NCBI GenBank assembly: GCA_002269645.1
Contig: NIVC01000297.1
Coordinates: 62,001 to 126,000 of the forward strand
From: Macrostomum lignano
Taxonomy: Eukaryota
Length of the DNA stretch: 64,000 bases
Reading direction: 5' to 3'
Shown here: piece after piece, positions 40,852 through 55,894 of the stretch
How the letters are laid out: every line of letters starts with the position of its first letter
Position numbering within the stretch: the first letter of the stretch is position 1
Translations under genes and position numbers: made by a program
Notes under the pieces: model-generated
What the model was told of the DNA's origin: nothing
Database searches by the model: none
What the model saw: the letters and a program-made list of their open reading frames with translations, nothing else

Positions 40852-43260
40852 GCTACCTGGAATAGCATTGGAACTGCCTGGGTTAGACTGTAGCTGTAAT
40901 AAAGTCCTACAACTTTTAGCATTACTTTCTGCTATGCGAAGGGTGCTTAAGCTAGAATATTTAAAAAATTCAAACAGATTATTGCAAACAGAGCAGATAG
41001 TACAAAATTATATGTTAATATGTACTTAACTTGCTAAGCACAGGATAAATAGAAATATGCTTAGCCAACAATGACACACTAAAGTACATTTCCACTGACA
41101 TTGCTAAGGCCCTTTTTAGTATTTACCATTTTTAGTATATAAATATTTAAAACTCTTTCTTTGTCACTTAATCATTAGACTTTCTTTGAATTAATATATA
41201 TATTAGACTTTCTGTGAATATCAATGATTTTTGCATTAGCATTGACCTTAGAGGTCATTTAGCAAAAGTAAATTATAACCTATTTTAAGAAAAATGAATA
41301 GGCAGATGATCTTAGATTTAACCATTCATCATTGCAATAACCATTAATTCATTTTATAGACTTTCTAATGAAAAAAATTTTGAGCCAGAAAGTTCTTTGA
41401 TTTTTTTTTATTGAATATTCATAGAAATTTGTTTATTGAAAAATTTGCAAAGATTTTAAAAGCAGTATAACAAAACATTGCATATATAGGCCTATTAGCA
41501 AGTCATAAGACCCTCAATGGCCTCATAGAAATCTTTATACTAATGACTTAAAATCAAAATCAGTTATAAATGATATACAAATCTAGAAAATCTTGAATAG
41601 AAGGAAAGCATAGAGTACTAAGGTGCATATAAATGTATATCATATACATGCATACAAGCACAACCCTATCCCCTGATTTAAACTAGCAATGTGACTTTAT
41701 TTTTTTACCAAAAATGAAACTTATCTTTGGTCAATAAAATAAAACTAAACAAAAATTAATATAATTATAGGTAAATGATAAGGATAACTATGGCTATATT
41801 ATTAAGGCTAGATGCATTATCATCTAATTAGTAAAATTGTTTATTTTTTCAAGTAGGCATTTTTGCATTTTCCTAGGCTGGGACTTTTATCAGCTAGCTA
41901 GATCAGCTATTGGTTGCATATGTATATGTATATGTATGATGTAGTGCATATAGTACTTGTTCTAAAAATAGTATATATGCATTTTTATATTTTTAAAAAA
42001 TATATTTTCTTCTTTTTTTTCTTTTTTCTATTTTTTGCCAAATTTGTTTAACTAAAATATTTTTAGACAATATTTTGCAAAGTAAAAATTTGCTTTAGTT
42101 TCCTTATCTAGGCTTAAGTAATAAATTAATATAACTATATACATAGAAAAGCTATTTTTAGTCATTAGTCATTGTAGGTCCTATATATAAAAAGAAAAAT
42201 AGATTTAAATAGATTTTATAGTCATTTGAAGAAATTGCCTTTCTATCCATATAGAAAGCATGTTTATCAAATACTGATTACTATTTTTGTGTTGCTCTAT
42301 TGACTAGGCTCCCTGTAAAAATAACCATCTTGTTACGTTATGACTTTTAAAGCAACAACAACTACCTTTTCAATAGCTAATTAAAAATAAGAGCTAGAAA
42401 ATTCGATTAGAACTTAGATTTATTTATTAATTTATAGGGCCTAGTTAGAGCTTTTTATCTTATAGGCTATTATAGCATTTGATTTGTATACTATTAAATT
42501 ATACTTTAATGCCAATAATAGAATTAGTTTTTTGGTAAAAAGTTTTGTTCAACATCTAACTTTTTTGTTGATAGGCCATAGGCTTTATAAAGTTTTTTAT
42601 CAACTTTGTCCAAGACAAAAAATTTAAATTGACATATAGATACCTATGACTATCAGGTTATGTTGCTATGGCCCAATGACAATAGTATTAGACAAATGTA
42701 ATTTATTAATAGGAGCATGGAATGTAAAATAATAAGGCCAGGCCAAGGCCTACATGTACGTTGGGAGCGGCCCAGGAAGGCATCACAAGACACAAACCCG
42801 AAAGATCATAACTCCGAATTTGCTAGGCCTAAGGCTAAGCAAAGCAACGACCTGCGACCATTATAAACCCGAAACATCACGAACCCAAAAAATCATAACT
42901 CCAAAAGTGCTGGCAACGCCTAACGCTATTTTGGTTCTGCTTTTGATTTTGGTGACTGCTTCTCATCCTTAAAGTAGGGCCTATGTATAGTTTCCGTTTG
43001 GAACTTAGCCTTAGTCAATTCGTGGATCAAGTAAACTTCTCAATTTTGCGTCACGTCATCTATTTCAAAGAAAACTGATTCTTTGAATGAATGCTTCATC
43101 AAAAAACGAAACTATCGTGATAAAGGTTTGTAAAAAATAAATAAATTAGAAGGCAAACACTTGCTAGATAGTGAAAAAACGATGACAAGGTCAAGCTGTG
43201 TAGAGTTTTGTTAAACTATAAGATAATCAAAACCGCGATCAAGTTGTTATTGAACAGGCC

Positions 43261-43384
43261 TGTTTTCCAAAAACATCGGGAATATAACATGAAAAACTCC
43301 CGATGCTTATCGAGCCGTAACATGTTACCGTGTTACAAAATACGGTGGATTTCCGTTTTCTGGGAAACCAACTCTAATGCGCAA
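43261..43384 (+). repeat. About 125-bp dispersed repeat; inverted partner at 57753-57877
   Basis: tgttttccaaaaacatcgggaatataacatgaaaaactcccgatg...catgttaccgtgtta matches the reverse complement of 57792-57877 with scattered mismatches. Confidence 0.8.
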
Positions 43385-44869
43385 TAGCTATATCGACTAT
43401 AGCATTATATAGCACCGACTAATTTTTATTAGATAGATTGAACCAGTATGATACTAATAGTGCATAATAGTCAGTAGTAATAAGTATTAACAGCAGCACC
43501 CGTGTCACAACGATAAAGCGGTAAACTACGTGCGCATCGTGGCTTACAAAGCTACAGCCTACGCGTATAGTCGTAGCTTTACGGGTAGTTTGCTGCTTTC
43601 AATGCGGAACATATATACTTTTACATAGGACGGGGAATAAGCGCTAATTTAAATGTGCATGATGACCCAGGACCAGTCCTGGGTGCAATCATCTGATATA
43701 CTAGGCCAGCAATTGTTGCCTTAGAGTTATAGTAGAAACAAAGCCTTTTCATCTGACCTTCATAGGTAATGTTGTAGTATTGATCGTCCTTTTTAGATTG
43801 TTGAATATTAATTGATTTAACAAGCATTGGTTATAGTTATAGCATTGCTCAATAAAATGTGAATCTACTACAGCTACTTTCTAGGACAATTAATTGGCTG
43901 GCTGACTAAGGATTCAAGAAGATTTTGCCTTTGGATTGTTGAGCATTATATAGGCCTAGACACCTAGTTAATCTTTTGCAGTCGATTTGCTTAATAGAAG
44001 AGAAACCTTTATTTCTATGAAGGACTAAGGTGGGATAATATGTGGTTCTATTTAAGATATAATTTATTAATGAATTAGATATGGACAATGTCATAATTGC
44101 ATATAGACCTAACATAGGCCTAGCACCTAGGCTATTGCTATTCTATATTGTCATCATAATGAATATAGTAACACTAGTAGGCATAGCAATTAATTTAGAA
44201 AAAATAGTTTTGCTATATCAATATTTAGGCCTAATTGTAATGCTTTCTATTATTAATTATTTTTATAAATAAACAATTATTACCTATTCTAATAATTTCT
44301 ATTCTAATAATTCTATTCTTTTCCTTTATTTCCCTTTTTATTATCCCTTTCCCCACCTTATTTGTCATAGGCCTATGAATCCTTTTTCTATCCCTTTTGC
44401 CATGCTTCCCTTTATCTTTTATATCATCCCCTTTTTTCCTATTCTACCTAACTATTACTTGTAATTACTTTTTTATGATCTATGCCATTCCTTTTTATTC
44501 TTTTTCTTTGCCATATTGCCTATTTTTATTATCATTTTTCTTTCTTACCTCCTTAACATTTTTACCTACCCTTGGACCTTGCCATTCTATTCTCCCATTC
44601 TTTTTGCTTATCCCCCTACGCTTGACATTTTTTTCCTTGCCTATGTTTGTTATTCTCTTACTTTCTTTTCATTTTTTTCTTCTTTATTCCCTGCTAAATT
44701 TCCCCTCCTTCCTTATCCTTGCCATTCCTATCTTCCTTGCCATTCCTTTCCTCCTTTGTCCTTGCTGCTATTCCCCTCCTTCCCCATCCTCCTTGCTGCT
44801 ATTCCCCTCCTCCCCCATCCTCCTTGCCATTCCTCTTTGCTTTGCTCTTTTTCTCCTCTTTCACCCCAC

Positions 44870-47000
44870 CCTCTTCCCTTTCAGACCCTAACCCTCTCCT
44901 CCCATTCAGACCCCACCCTCTCTTTTCCTTCAAACTCCACCCTCTTTTCCCCTTTAGACCCCACCCTCTCCTCCCCTTCAGAGTTCAGACCCTACCCTCT
45001 TCTCCCCTTCAGACCCCACCCTCTCCTCCCTTTCAGACCCTACCCTCTTCTCCCCTTCAGACCCCACCCTCTCCTCCCCTTCAAACCCTACCCTCTTCTC
45101 CCCTTCAGACCCCAGCCTCTCCTCCCCTTCAGACCCCACCCTCTCCTCCCCTTCAAACCCTCTTCCCCCTTCAGATCCCACTCTCTCTTCCCCTTCAGAC
45201 CCCACCCTCTTCCCTTTCAGACCCTAACCCTCTCCTCCCATTCAGACCCCACCCTCTCTTTTCCTTCAAACTCCACCCTCTTTTCCCCTTCAGACTCCAC
45301 CCTCTCCTCCCCTTCAGACCCTACCCTCTTCTCCCCTTCAGACCCCACCCTCTCCTCCCTTTCAGACCCTACCCTCTTCTCCCCTTCAGACCCCACCCTC
45401 TCCTCCCCTTCAGACCCTACCCTCTCCTCCCCTTCCGATCCCAGCCTCTCCTCCCCTTCAGACCCCACCCTCTCCTCCCCTTCAAACCCTCTCCCCCCCT
45501 TCAGATCCCACGATTCCCACTCTCTCTTCCCCTTCAGACCCCAGCCTCTCCTCCCCTTCAGACCCTACCCTCTTCTTCCCTTCAGACCCCACCCTCTCCT
45601 CCCCTTCAGACCCACCCTATCCTCCCCTTTCAGACCTAGCAGCTCTTCCCCTTCAGACCTCACCCTCTTCTTCCATTCAGACCCCAGCCTCTCCTCCCCT
45701 TCCGATCCCAGCCTCTCCTTCCCTTCAGACCCCACCCTCTCCTCCCCTTCAAACCTTCTCCTCCCCTTCAGATCCCACCCTCTTCTTCCCTTCAGACCCC
45801 ACCCTCTCTTCTCCTTCAAACCCTCTCCTCCCCTTCAGACCCCACCCTCTCTTCCCCTTCAGACCCTACCCTCTTCTCCTTCAAACCCTCTCCTCCCCTT
45901 CAGACCCCACCCTCTCCTCCCCTTCAGACCCCACCCTCTCCTTCCCTTCAGACCCCACCCTCTCCTCCCCTTCAAACCCTCTCCCCCCTTCAGATCCCAC
46001 TCTCTCTTCCCCTTCAGACCCCAGCCTCTCCTCCCCTTCAGACCCCACCCTCTCCTCCCCTTCAAACCTTCTCCTCCCCTTCAGATCCCACCCTCTTCTT
46101 CCCTTCAGACCCCACCCTCTCTTCTCCTTCAAACCCTCTCCTCCCCTTCAGACCCCACCCTCTCTTCCCCTTCAGACCCTACCCTCTTCTCCTTCAAAGC
46201 CTCTCCTCCCCTTCAGACCCCACCCTCTCCTCCCCTTCAGACCCCACCCTCTCCTCCCCTTCAGACCCCACCCTCTCCTCCCCTTCAGACCCCACCCTCT
46301 CCTCCCCTTCAAACCCTCTCCCCCTCTTCAGATCCCACTCTCTCTTCCCCTTCAGACCCCAACCTCTCCTCCCCTTCAGACCCCACCCTCTCCTCCCCTT
46401 CAAACCTTCTCCTCCCCTTCAGATCCCACCCTCTTCTTCCCTTCAGACCCCACCCTCTTCTCCCCTTCAGACCCCGCCCTATCCTCCCCTTTCAGACCCC
46501 ATCCTCTTCCTCTTCAGGCCCCACCCTCGTCTTCCCTTCAGACCCCAACTTCTCCTCCCCTTCAAACCCTCTCCTCCCCTTCAGACCCCACCCTCTCCTC
46601 CCCTTCAAACCTTCTCCTCCCCTTCAGACCCCACCCTCTTCTCCCCTTCAGACCCCAGCCTCTCCTCCCCTTCAAACCTTCTCCTCCCCTTTCAGATCCC
46701 ACCCTCTTCTTCCCTTCAGACCCCACCCTCTCCTCCCCTTCAGACCCCGCCCTATCCTCCCCTTTCAGACCCCAGCCTCTTCCTCTTCAGGCCCCACCCT
46801 CGTCTTCCCTTCAGACCCCAACTTCTCCTCCCCTTCAAACCCTCTCCTCCCCTTCAGACCCCACCCTCTCTTCCCCTTCAGACCCTACCCTCTTCTCCTT
46901 CAAACCCTCTCCTCCCCTTCAAACCTTCTCCTCCCCTTCAGACCCCACCCTCTTCTCCCCTTCAGACCCCAGCCTCTTCTCCCCTTCAGACCCTACCCTT
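44870..47000. repeat. About 24-bp polypyrimidine satellite (cccttcagaccccaccctctcctc), about 2.1 kb, degenerating leftwards
   Basis: 8-aa periodicity PFRPHPLL; pure C/T-rich strand. Confidence 0.93.
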
Positions 47001-47189
47001 TTCTCCTTTCCAGTCTCACCTTGTAGCCCTGCTAATTCAACTTTAACTATACTCGTACTTTTCAGAAGAAGTGATGAAGAATTTCTCTCCTTTTTCTCTT
47101 CTGAATGTCCTCGCACCGGTCTTGTGGTCATTCTACGTGCCGTAGCGACTGGTCGCAGCAACCATAGCTCTCTACCAGGAGACCCTTGC

Positions 47190-47990
47190 CGCCGTAGTGG
47201 CACCTGACGTACTGTCCGACCTGTTCAACACGACCTCAGGATGCTGCAAGGCGACACGCTTGCGGCCTACCTTTTCGTGTTGGTGCTCGATGGGGTGCTA
47301 CGGAGGGCCCTGCCAACAGATGAGGACAGCTTCCGCTGTCGCTCCTGGGTTACGCCGACGGCCTGGCGCTGCTTGCCTCTTCGGCTGAGGGAGCCCAGCG
47401 CATGCTAGACAGCCTTGTGGCAGCTGCGGCATCGGTCGGGCTAGCGGTGAACATCGAGAAGACGCAGGTGATGTGTGTACCTGCGGAGCTGCCAGGATCA
47501 AAATCACCTGCTGGGACGCCCGACGATCGTGCAGCGGCTCTACCTCGCTGCACGCGCTTCACGTACCTAGGCAGTCTTGTGCCCAGTGTCCAGGAGGACT
47601 TGGCGCGACGCAGGGGCCTGGCCTGGGTTGCCTTCCGCTCCATCCGAGTTGTCCTGTAGAACGCCGCGCTGCCAGACTGCTGCGATCACCTAGCGAGAAC
47701 CTCCGCAGGCAAAGACTTCAACTGGCGGGCCACACCATTCGGCGGAGGCTTACTGTTCTCAACCAGTGCAGGACGTCCTGCTACTCACGATGCAGGGCCC
47801 CTGGCCGCGAGGCTACGGCCGGGCGAGCCGCTACGCGGATTGCCTGCTGGATGGCGCTGGGGTGATCGGCTAGGAATGCTGTTGCCGCCTTCAGAGAGCT
47901 CGCACCGAGAAAACTGATCTGACACCGCCTCCATTGTGAACTGTACTCTGTTGAGTCCCCGGCGGTTTGCCTTGTTGTTGTTGTTGATGG
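47190..47990 (+). mobile_element. 5'-truncated, decayed non-LTR retrotransposon (LINE, RTE-like) RT fragment
   Basis: Frameshifted LQGDTLAAYLFVLVLDGVLRRAL, GYADGLAL (YADD-derived), GLAVNIEKTQVM, FTYLGS, RRGLAWVAF; (ttg)n tail near 47970. Confidence 0.82.
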
Positions 47991-48929
47991 TGCATATCGC
48001 GTACTCACGATTCAAAAGTTTATGCTTCTTACTGTTTCACTGATTTAATTCCGAACCTACCAAGCCAACTATTTACTTTTAATTCCGTGTACTTTTCTTG
48101 TGTTTCTTGTGTATTGTCGCAAAATATTACGCGGCAGTAGCTAAATACTGGGTGTCCGCTGTTCTGCATTACAACTATATAGTACTTCCGCATGTACTGA
48201 CGTAACATTGCGCCAATAATTTTACATTGCGTGGCGCCGAAACCAATCTGCTGTTGAATGCTACTAGCGTAATAGCCGTTTGAATCTCTTGAAATACATT
48301 GAAATGCCATGCTGTAGTATTGCTTTTGACGATCCAAACGAGACTGGCCAGACTCCTCACTGATCCATATGCTTCTCAAGCAAGGTATATATGGAAAGCA
48401 TGTATACCTTGGATCACTCATACGAGCTAGAACCAAGGAATGTAGGTCTAACATTTCAATAAAAGTTCTTGATATAATGGAATGCAATAAATGCCAACCG
48501 GGGTCATTTTTTTACTTCCACTTTCCCCGAGTTTGACCACTTTTTCTGCTACAGGCGTAAGCTAAACCAACGCAAAATACTAGCCTGAATAAAAAACAAC
48601 TCACTTCACAACCTTCACCTTAATCTTTCTTTCTGCCACTGCTGTGTCTTGCAATACTCATAAAAATCCTGTGACTTCGCTTCACAGGTGTTGCTTGAGA
48701 AACATATGGCGTCCAAATTGAATTTGCGCAAGTCTCTTACATCGTCAAAAGCAATACGTCTGGTACCAATTATTTGTGCCGATCAAGCTTCCTAGAGAAT
48801 GCTTTGTTGATAACTGCATGTCCCTGTCTTGAAGCTTACACGCTGTGTTTAACCATTATTTTGTCGGTGTACAACGTGCAACTGATCAGACGAATAGGTG
48901 GTAAATTCCTTAAAATCCTGATAGAGGCG

Positions 48930-49452
48930 GAGCTGTTGGGGAAGAGGCGGCAAGCAGCGGAACTGTTGGGGGGGGAGAGGCGGTAGACAGCGGAACTGTT
49001 GGGGGAGCCGCGGTGGGCAGCGGAACTGTTGGGGGGAGAGGTGGTAGACAGCGGAACTGTTGGGGGAGCCGCGGTGGGCAGCGGAACTGTTGGGGGGAGA
49101 GGTGGTAGACAGCGGAACTGTTGGGGGAGCCGCGGTGGGCAGCGGAACTGTTGGGGGGAGAGGTGGTAGACAGCGGAACTGTTGGGGGAGCCGCGGTGGG
49201 CAGCGGAACTGTTGGGGGGAGAGGTGGTAGACAGCGGAACTGTTGGGGGAGCCGCGGTGGGCAGCGGAACTGTTGGGGGAGAGGTGGTAGACAGCGGAAC
49301 TGTTGGGGGAGCCGCGGTGGGCAGCGGAACTGTTGGGGGGAGAGGTGGTAGACAGCAGAACTGTTGGGGGACCCGCGGTGGGCAGCGGAACTGTTGGGGG
49401 GAGAGGTGGTAGACAGCGGAACTGTTGGGGGAGCCGCGGTGGGCAGCGGAAC
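48930..49452. repeat. Dimeric G-rich minisatellite (cagcggaactgttggggggagaggtggtaga + cagcggaactgttgggggagccgcggtggg, about 61-bp period)
   Basis: Alternating 31/30-bp subunits. Confidence 0.92.
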
Positions 49453-50338
49453 TCTCCGCTGGACGGACGGACTGTGCGCAGCACAGTCCCTGTCTCTACT
49501 GCCGCCGCCGCCTCTCAATAAATGTAAAATAGGAGTGTTAGTTCATTTATTAATGCTGCTTGACCTGCAAAAATTATACGGTTGCTAGGCAGTGTCGTAA
49601 CACAGGACATGCGTTTTTCTGTAAAGTAATAATAACCCCACCATTAATATAGACAGTTGGTCGTGTAAACGAATGATTTGAAAGTTTAGTCTATGTTTTA
49701 CAAAATGTCTCTATGAAAACTCATCTTCCTACACTGACAGTAGAGTTTGCAAAAATCAGTTCTTGGAAGAATGCGACATTTTCGTGAAAATATTTAAACT
49801 GCTATATTGGGCCTATGACAGATTTTTATTGAGAAACTATCGTCATTTCCACAGAGAAAGATAAACATGTGAAGCTTTCGTGAAGATTACATCTTCATAC
49901 TACGGGTGTCAAATTTTCCTGTATTTGACTGAACGTACGTGCATTTAGTCATAGTCGGGGGAGTGCTTCAACCATTTCTCAGGTTTAAATCGGCTGCCGC
50001 TTGCATATGTACATCACATGTAAATGAACATGTGGTAAATCTGATGAGGAACTATGCACACATGCGCGAGTTGCCCCGGAAAGAGCTGAGATTGATAGAT
50101 AATGAAAAATCAGTAGGAAAGAGAATGAGGCTGCGTGACCACCCACCCCATTATCCTGTCTTTCCGTTGCATGGCAGCACGTAATTAAATGTGTCAAGTG
50201 TACAATTGATTCAATCGATTACTCGTTTATACGCAAAGCATCGAGAGAGTTTTTAATTGCATCCAAACTTTCTGACTAATGCGCCTTCGTGTGTTCCAAA
50301 GAAGGAGACACTGATTCATGGGGTGTGTACATTGACAA

Positions 50339-50930
50339 ATGCAGTTGCAAGTTGCGTGCAAGTTTGTTGACAAAAAGCAGAGCGGAACAAAGATTGTCTA
50401 CGTGATTGACACTTCGGGCCAGGCGGGCTGTGTCAACGTTACTCGAATTCGCCGAGGCGGCGTTGGAATAAGTGATCCAAAAGCCGGTTTGCATCGCCAA
50501 CTATTCGTCTTTTATGGGCGGCGTAGATCGCCTGGACAGTGGACTCCAGCCGTACCATCCGAACAGGAAGACGCAGAAAGGTTTCAGAAGCTCGGTTTTC
50601 ACATCATCCTCCTTCTAGTTCGCAATGCTTGGATCGTTTATCAGAATGCTGGAGGAACAAAGAGCTTCCTCAGCTTCCTGGAAGTTGCGATCAAGAATTT
50701 GATTGAACAATCTGGGCCAGGCAGACGTTGCGTTTCGGTTCGGGTCGGTCGAGCACCCGCCGCAGCCGGGCACATTCCAAGCAAGTCGGGCCAGGTTGTT
50801 GGGCAAAATCGACCGAGGCGTCGATGCCGACAGTGTCAAAAGAAGACAGTGTACGTCTGCTCGCAGTGTCCTGGCGTCCCACCATACTGTGTCTTGTGAA
50901 CTGCTTTGGCACGTGGCACAATAATTAAAG
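50339..50930 (+). mobile_element. piggyBac transposase C-terminal remnant (frameshifted)
   Basis: CKFVDKK..VY; alternate frame KPVCIANYSSFMGGVDRLD..YHPNRK; FQKLGFH..NAWIVY; terminal RRRCRQC..TVYVCSQC..LCLVNCFGTWH cysteine-rich domain. Confidence 0.85.
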
Positions 50931-51519
50931 AACCATTATCATCTTCTAAGGTGTTGGAAAGCTTTGAATGCTTTTGAAATTTGAATAAAACTTTCCCGCT
51001 ATGTTTGCTGGTTTGTTACTGTTGTTACTGTTAATACGAGCCATCTTTGAAAGGTTTGTTTGCTTTACTTCTATTATTGGTCGAGTTCGACCCATAGCCG
51101 ACTGGAACGGTGGGAAGATCGAGAATTTGTGCGCTGGCCATAGATAGTTGTAAGTGGTCAAAAACGACCTTCCCGACTTCTTAATGTTTTAACCTTAGTA
51201 GTAGTCCAGCTGCATTATTACCTTAAATTACCCTTACGACCTGCTAACTGCAGCTTTCTGTTTTGTATCCATGCAGCACTACTAGCCTTCTACTCACTAG
51301 CCTGCATGTTTAAATGATTAATAAAATCAAAGTAGGACTACTGGGTTATGATTTTCACCTGACAAGTATCTAAGCTGCAGATACTACTACTCGAGAATGA
51401 ATGATTGAATTTCTAGTTATTACAAAGCGGGATCGGGATCCGGATGGTCTATCCCGGGATTTTTTAATCCCGGACAATTGTGATCGCAGGATTGTATCCC
51501 TACGACATGCATGATCATG

Positions 51520-51778
51520 CTAGCTATTGCGCAGCGCATCTGATTACGGCTGTTCAGTCCAAGGACTGGAAGGTCGCCACACACTACCCTCAATTACATG
51601 TATCCCAGCTAATGTCGGCACCCATTTTACAGCTGGGTGAACTTAAGCAATGTGGAGTTAAGTGACTTGCTCAATGACACAAATTGTTCCAGTGGGATCG
51701 GGAATCGAACCCCCGGACCTTCAAGTCGTGAGTTCAACGTACGCTGCTCTAGCCACTAGCATAGCTAGGCTACAACCC
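51520..51778 (-). mobile_element. tRNA-headed SINE with a Nin/Deu-like core domain
   Basis: Minus strand: A-box-like TAGTGGCTAGAGC, B-box GGTTCGATTCC, then GTGTCATTGAGCAAGTCACTTAACTC...CACCCAGCTGTAAAATGGGT; second copy at 62348. Confidence 0.7.
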
Positions 51779-53137
51779 ACCTCTACGAATCGGTAAATTC
51801 TATAGGCCTAGTCCGAAAAGCCACGAATTGTATCCTGCGTATTCATGTACATGATGTAGTACATCTAGGTCTTTGTTCCAAGCGTAGGAGTTGCTAGTAC
51901 CTAAGGTATTTAGCTCGCAGACTTACACTGTGTACAAGTACATGTACCTTATCGATTATAGGCAGTCTATGTAGCGCAATCTCAATTTCAATGTTTTTTT
52001 CAGACAGGTTTTTCTTTCGAAGAAATTTCTCGAACCCGATCAACGCGAGTCTTAGTATTTGCTAAGGATTTCGACTTTTGACGACTGTACAAGCCGTTTT
52101 ATTTTCTCTACTTTTTGTGTACTACATCTATAATTCGTGATAAGAATCTTCCAGATTTCGCAGCTGGCCGCCATGAAAGTTTCAACGTCTGAGGTCCAGG
52201 ATTGGCAATCCCGACCACTGATCGACAGACATCTTTGCATTCATACATTGCATTGCATTACATTGTAATATTATCACCGTTGACGATTCTTTGCAATTGC
52301 AAATTGATCATGCTTGTTTAATTACATGTATATTTCTACATATTCTAGCTCTTTATTACTTCAGGAATCTCATGCAGCTTATAAAAATATAGTTTAAAAA
52401 AGCCTCGGTTATTCCAGACTCGGTGCCGGGCAGGAATGATTTTGAACGGGAATGAATTCCGTGCCCGCTATAGCTTCTTCTATATATACATGTACATGCA
52501 AATAGTTTATGCCTTGGCTCCCTCAAAATGCTGTCAACACAGCTTTCAGTGTGGGGGGGGGGTAGTGCCGTGACCTGGGCTGCATGAAAAACACCTATGC
52601 AACCCTCGTGGTGCTCTTTCGTGGTGCATATCCTACACGGGACTTGTTGAATTCGGCTCATACTCGGTGATCTTCCACTCTGTTCTTCAGCTTCTATTCT
52701 ATGTCCTGCGACAGGCACTCTCACTACTAACAATTAATACCAGGACTCATGGTAAAATAACCAAACAGACAGAAGGAACAAAGAGTTGAATGGCTAATGC
52801 CCACCATTTTTCCTGCTGCTAAACAAAGTAATTTATTTCGTAATATAATTTTTGTGCTAGTGAGTTATTTTAATTGCTTGGCAATGCAACAGTTCCTAGT
52901 TTTTAGGCTATGCATTTCTTTTTATAAGTGCAAAGGATTTGAAGATGGAAACATCAGAAAGTAGGCGCATTATTTTCAAGACACACTAGGGCAACGTACT
53001 GGTATGATATAAGAAATATTGGAAAATAATTTATAGTCCAATATCAAACTACTTTACTTTTATCGATAACTCGTAGCATTGAGCATTAGTTTACTAATTA
53101 GTATATTGTAAAGAGGAAATGCAAAGCAGTAAACAGT

Positions 53138-53227
53138 GTGAACATTTGATGGAAATCCGTCTGGCCAGCCGCTCCAGTGACCGAGAGCCGCTGCTTGTTT
53201 ATGGCTGTAAAGCCCGGTTTCATTTCC
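53138..53227 (-). repeat. Partial direct duplicate of the last exon of the 55028-53674 gene
   Basis: Encodes [30 protein letters not shown] versus [29 protein letters not shown] in the gene; preceded by tag. Confidence 0.85.
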
Positions 53228-53228
53228 C

Positions 53229-53565
53229 TACACTCCCCACGTTTCTGGAAATCCCCTAAACTCCCCACGTTTCTGGAAATCCCCTAAACTCCCCACGTTT
53301 CTGGAAATCCCCTAAACTCCCCACGTTTCTGGAAATCCGCTACACTCCCCACGTTTCTGGAAATCCCCTAAACTCCCCACGTTTCTGGAAATCCCCTACA
53401 CTCCCCACGTTTCTGGAAAGCCCCTACACTCGCCACGTTTCTGGAAATCCCCTACACTCCCCACGTTTCTGGAATTCCCTACACTCCCCACGTTTCTGGA
53501 ATCCCCTACACTCCCCACGTTTCTGGAATCCCCTACACTCCCCACGTTTCTGGAAATCCTCTACC
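53229..53565. repeat. 28-bp minisatellite (ctccccacgtttctggaaatcccctaca)
   Basis: ctcccc at 53233 and 53261; about 12 units. Confidence 0.92.
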
Positions 53566-53673
53566 CTTCCCGTGCATTCATGGAGTTAATTATACAAGCG
53601 GATTATTTGGAAGCGGAAAGGCAAAACACTAAAACAATATAAACAGTATTGAAAACATGATCTTAAACGTATG

Positions 53674-55028
<1,355 letters not shown>

Positions 55029-55140
55029 TTACTGAAAAAATATGCATAAAAATTATTTCCCGGCATTTAGACCCTCAGATTCTTGAAATTCACCTACACC
55101 AACAGCATACATGCGCAACCTTGGAAATCACCCCGCCGTT

Positions 55141-55200
55141 TCTATTGGCAACACACACATGTAAGTCGCTATTGGCTGAGAGCAATCACGTGGCTACTAT
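55141..55200 (-). promoter_or_regulatory. Candidate promoter of the five-exon gene: two CCAAT boxes and a CACGTG E-box
   Basis: attgg at 55144 and 55171, cacgtg near 55187; upstream of a putative 62-nt 5'UTR intron (55093-55032). Confidence 0.35.
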
Positions 55201-55224
55201 TCCGTCCAATGGAACTTACCACGT

Positions 55225-55510
55225 TCTGAAACTACCCGACTGCCCACATTCTGGAACTTCCCCACCCATCGCATTCTGGAACTTCCCCACCCCTCACATT
55301 CTGGAACTTCCCCACCCCTCACATTCTGGAACTTCCCCACCCCTCACATTCTGGAACTTACCCCACCCCTCACATTCTGGAACTTCCCCACCCCTCACAT
55401 TCTGGAACTTCCCCGCCCATTGCATTCTGGAACTTCCCCACCCCTCACATTCTGGAACTTCTCCACTTTCCACATTCTGGAACTTCCCCATTTCCCACAT
55501 TCTAGAACTT
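55225..55510. repeat. 25-bp minisatellite (ctggaacttccccacccctcacatt)
   Basis: acttcccc at 55281 and 55306. Confidence 0.9.
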
Positions 55511-55894
55511 CTTAGTGCCTAGTGATAATCTAGCAGTACGAGCTTATAATATTTTAAGTATTATAAACCAAAACTTGTTATTTTATAGAAAAAGGTAGGA
55601 ATTAAAAAAATAGGCCTAGGCAATAAAAAAGAATTAAACAATAATTTAATGTTTTTTTAAGTTATATTTAAATCAAATAAAAAAAGAAAGAAGTGTTATA
55701 TAAAGCTAGAATTAAAACTTATAGGTCTTTTGATAGGCTTAAAATTAAACCAAAGTTGAAAAAATAAAAAATAGATTTTAGCTGCTTAACTTGTTTAATT
55801 AAACAAATCAAAATTAGCTTTAAGTTATATTAGGCCTAACTTAGATTAGATTTATAACCTTTGTGTACCAAAGAGGCTTCAGCCCCAAGGCTAA

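Noticed and set aside
44516-47026. 836-aa Pro/Ser-rich ORF and overlapping ORFs
   Set aside because: Translation of a C/T-rich satellite that lacks stop codons by composition; no ATG context or domain.
48029-48700. 152-aa minus-strand ORF and nearby splice-like signals
   Set aside because: No recognisable motif, and candidate exons did not join in frame; may be a decayed transposon gene.
51700-51778. tRNA gene
   Set aside because: A/B boxes are present but there is no complete cloverleaf, and it continues into a SINE body shared with 62348.
52052-52245. Possible third, degenerate copy of the I-repeat-like exon (QWSGLP.., DVETF..QLRNLE)
   Set aside because: Similarity needs frameshifts and is too weak to judge by eye.
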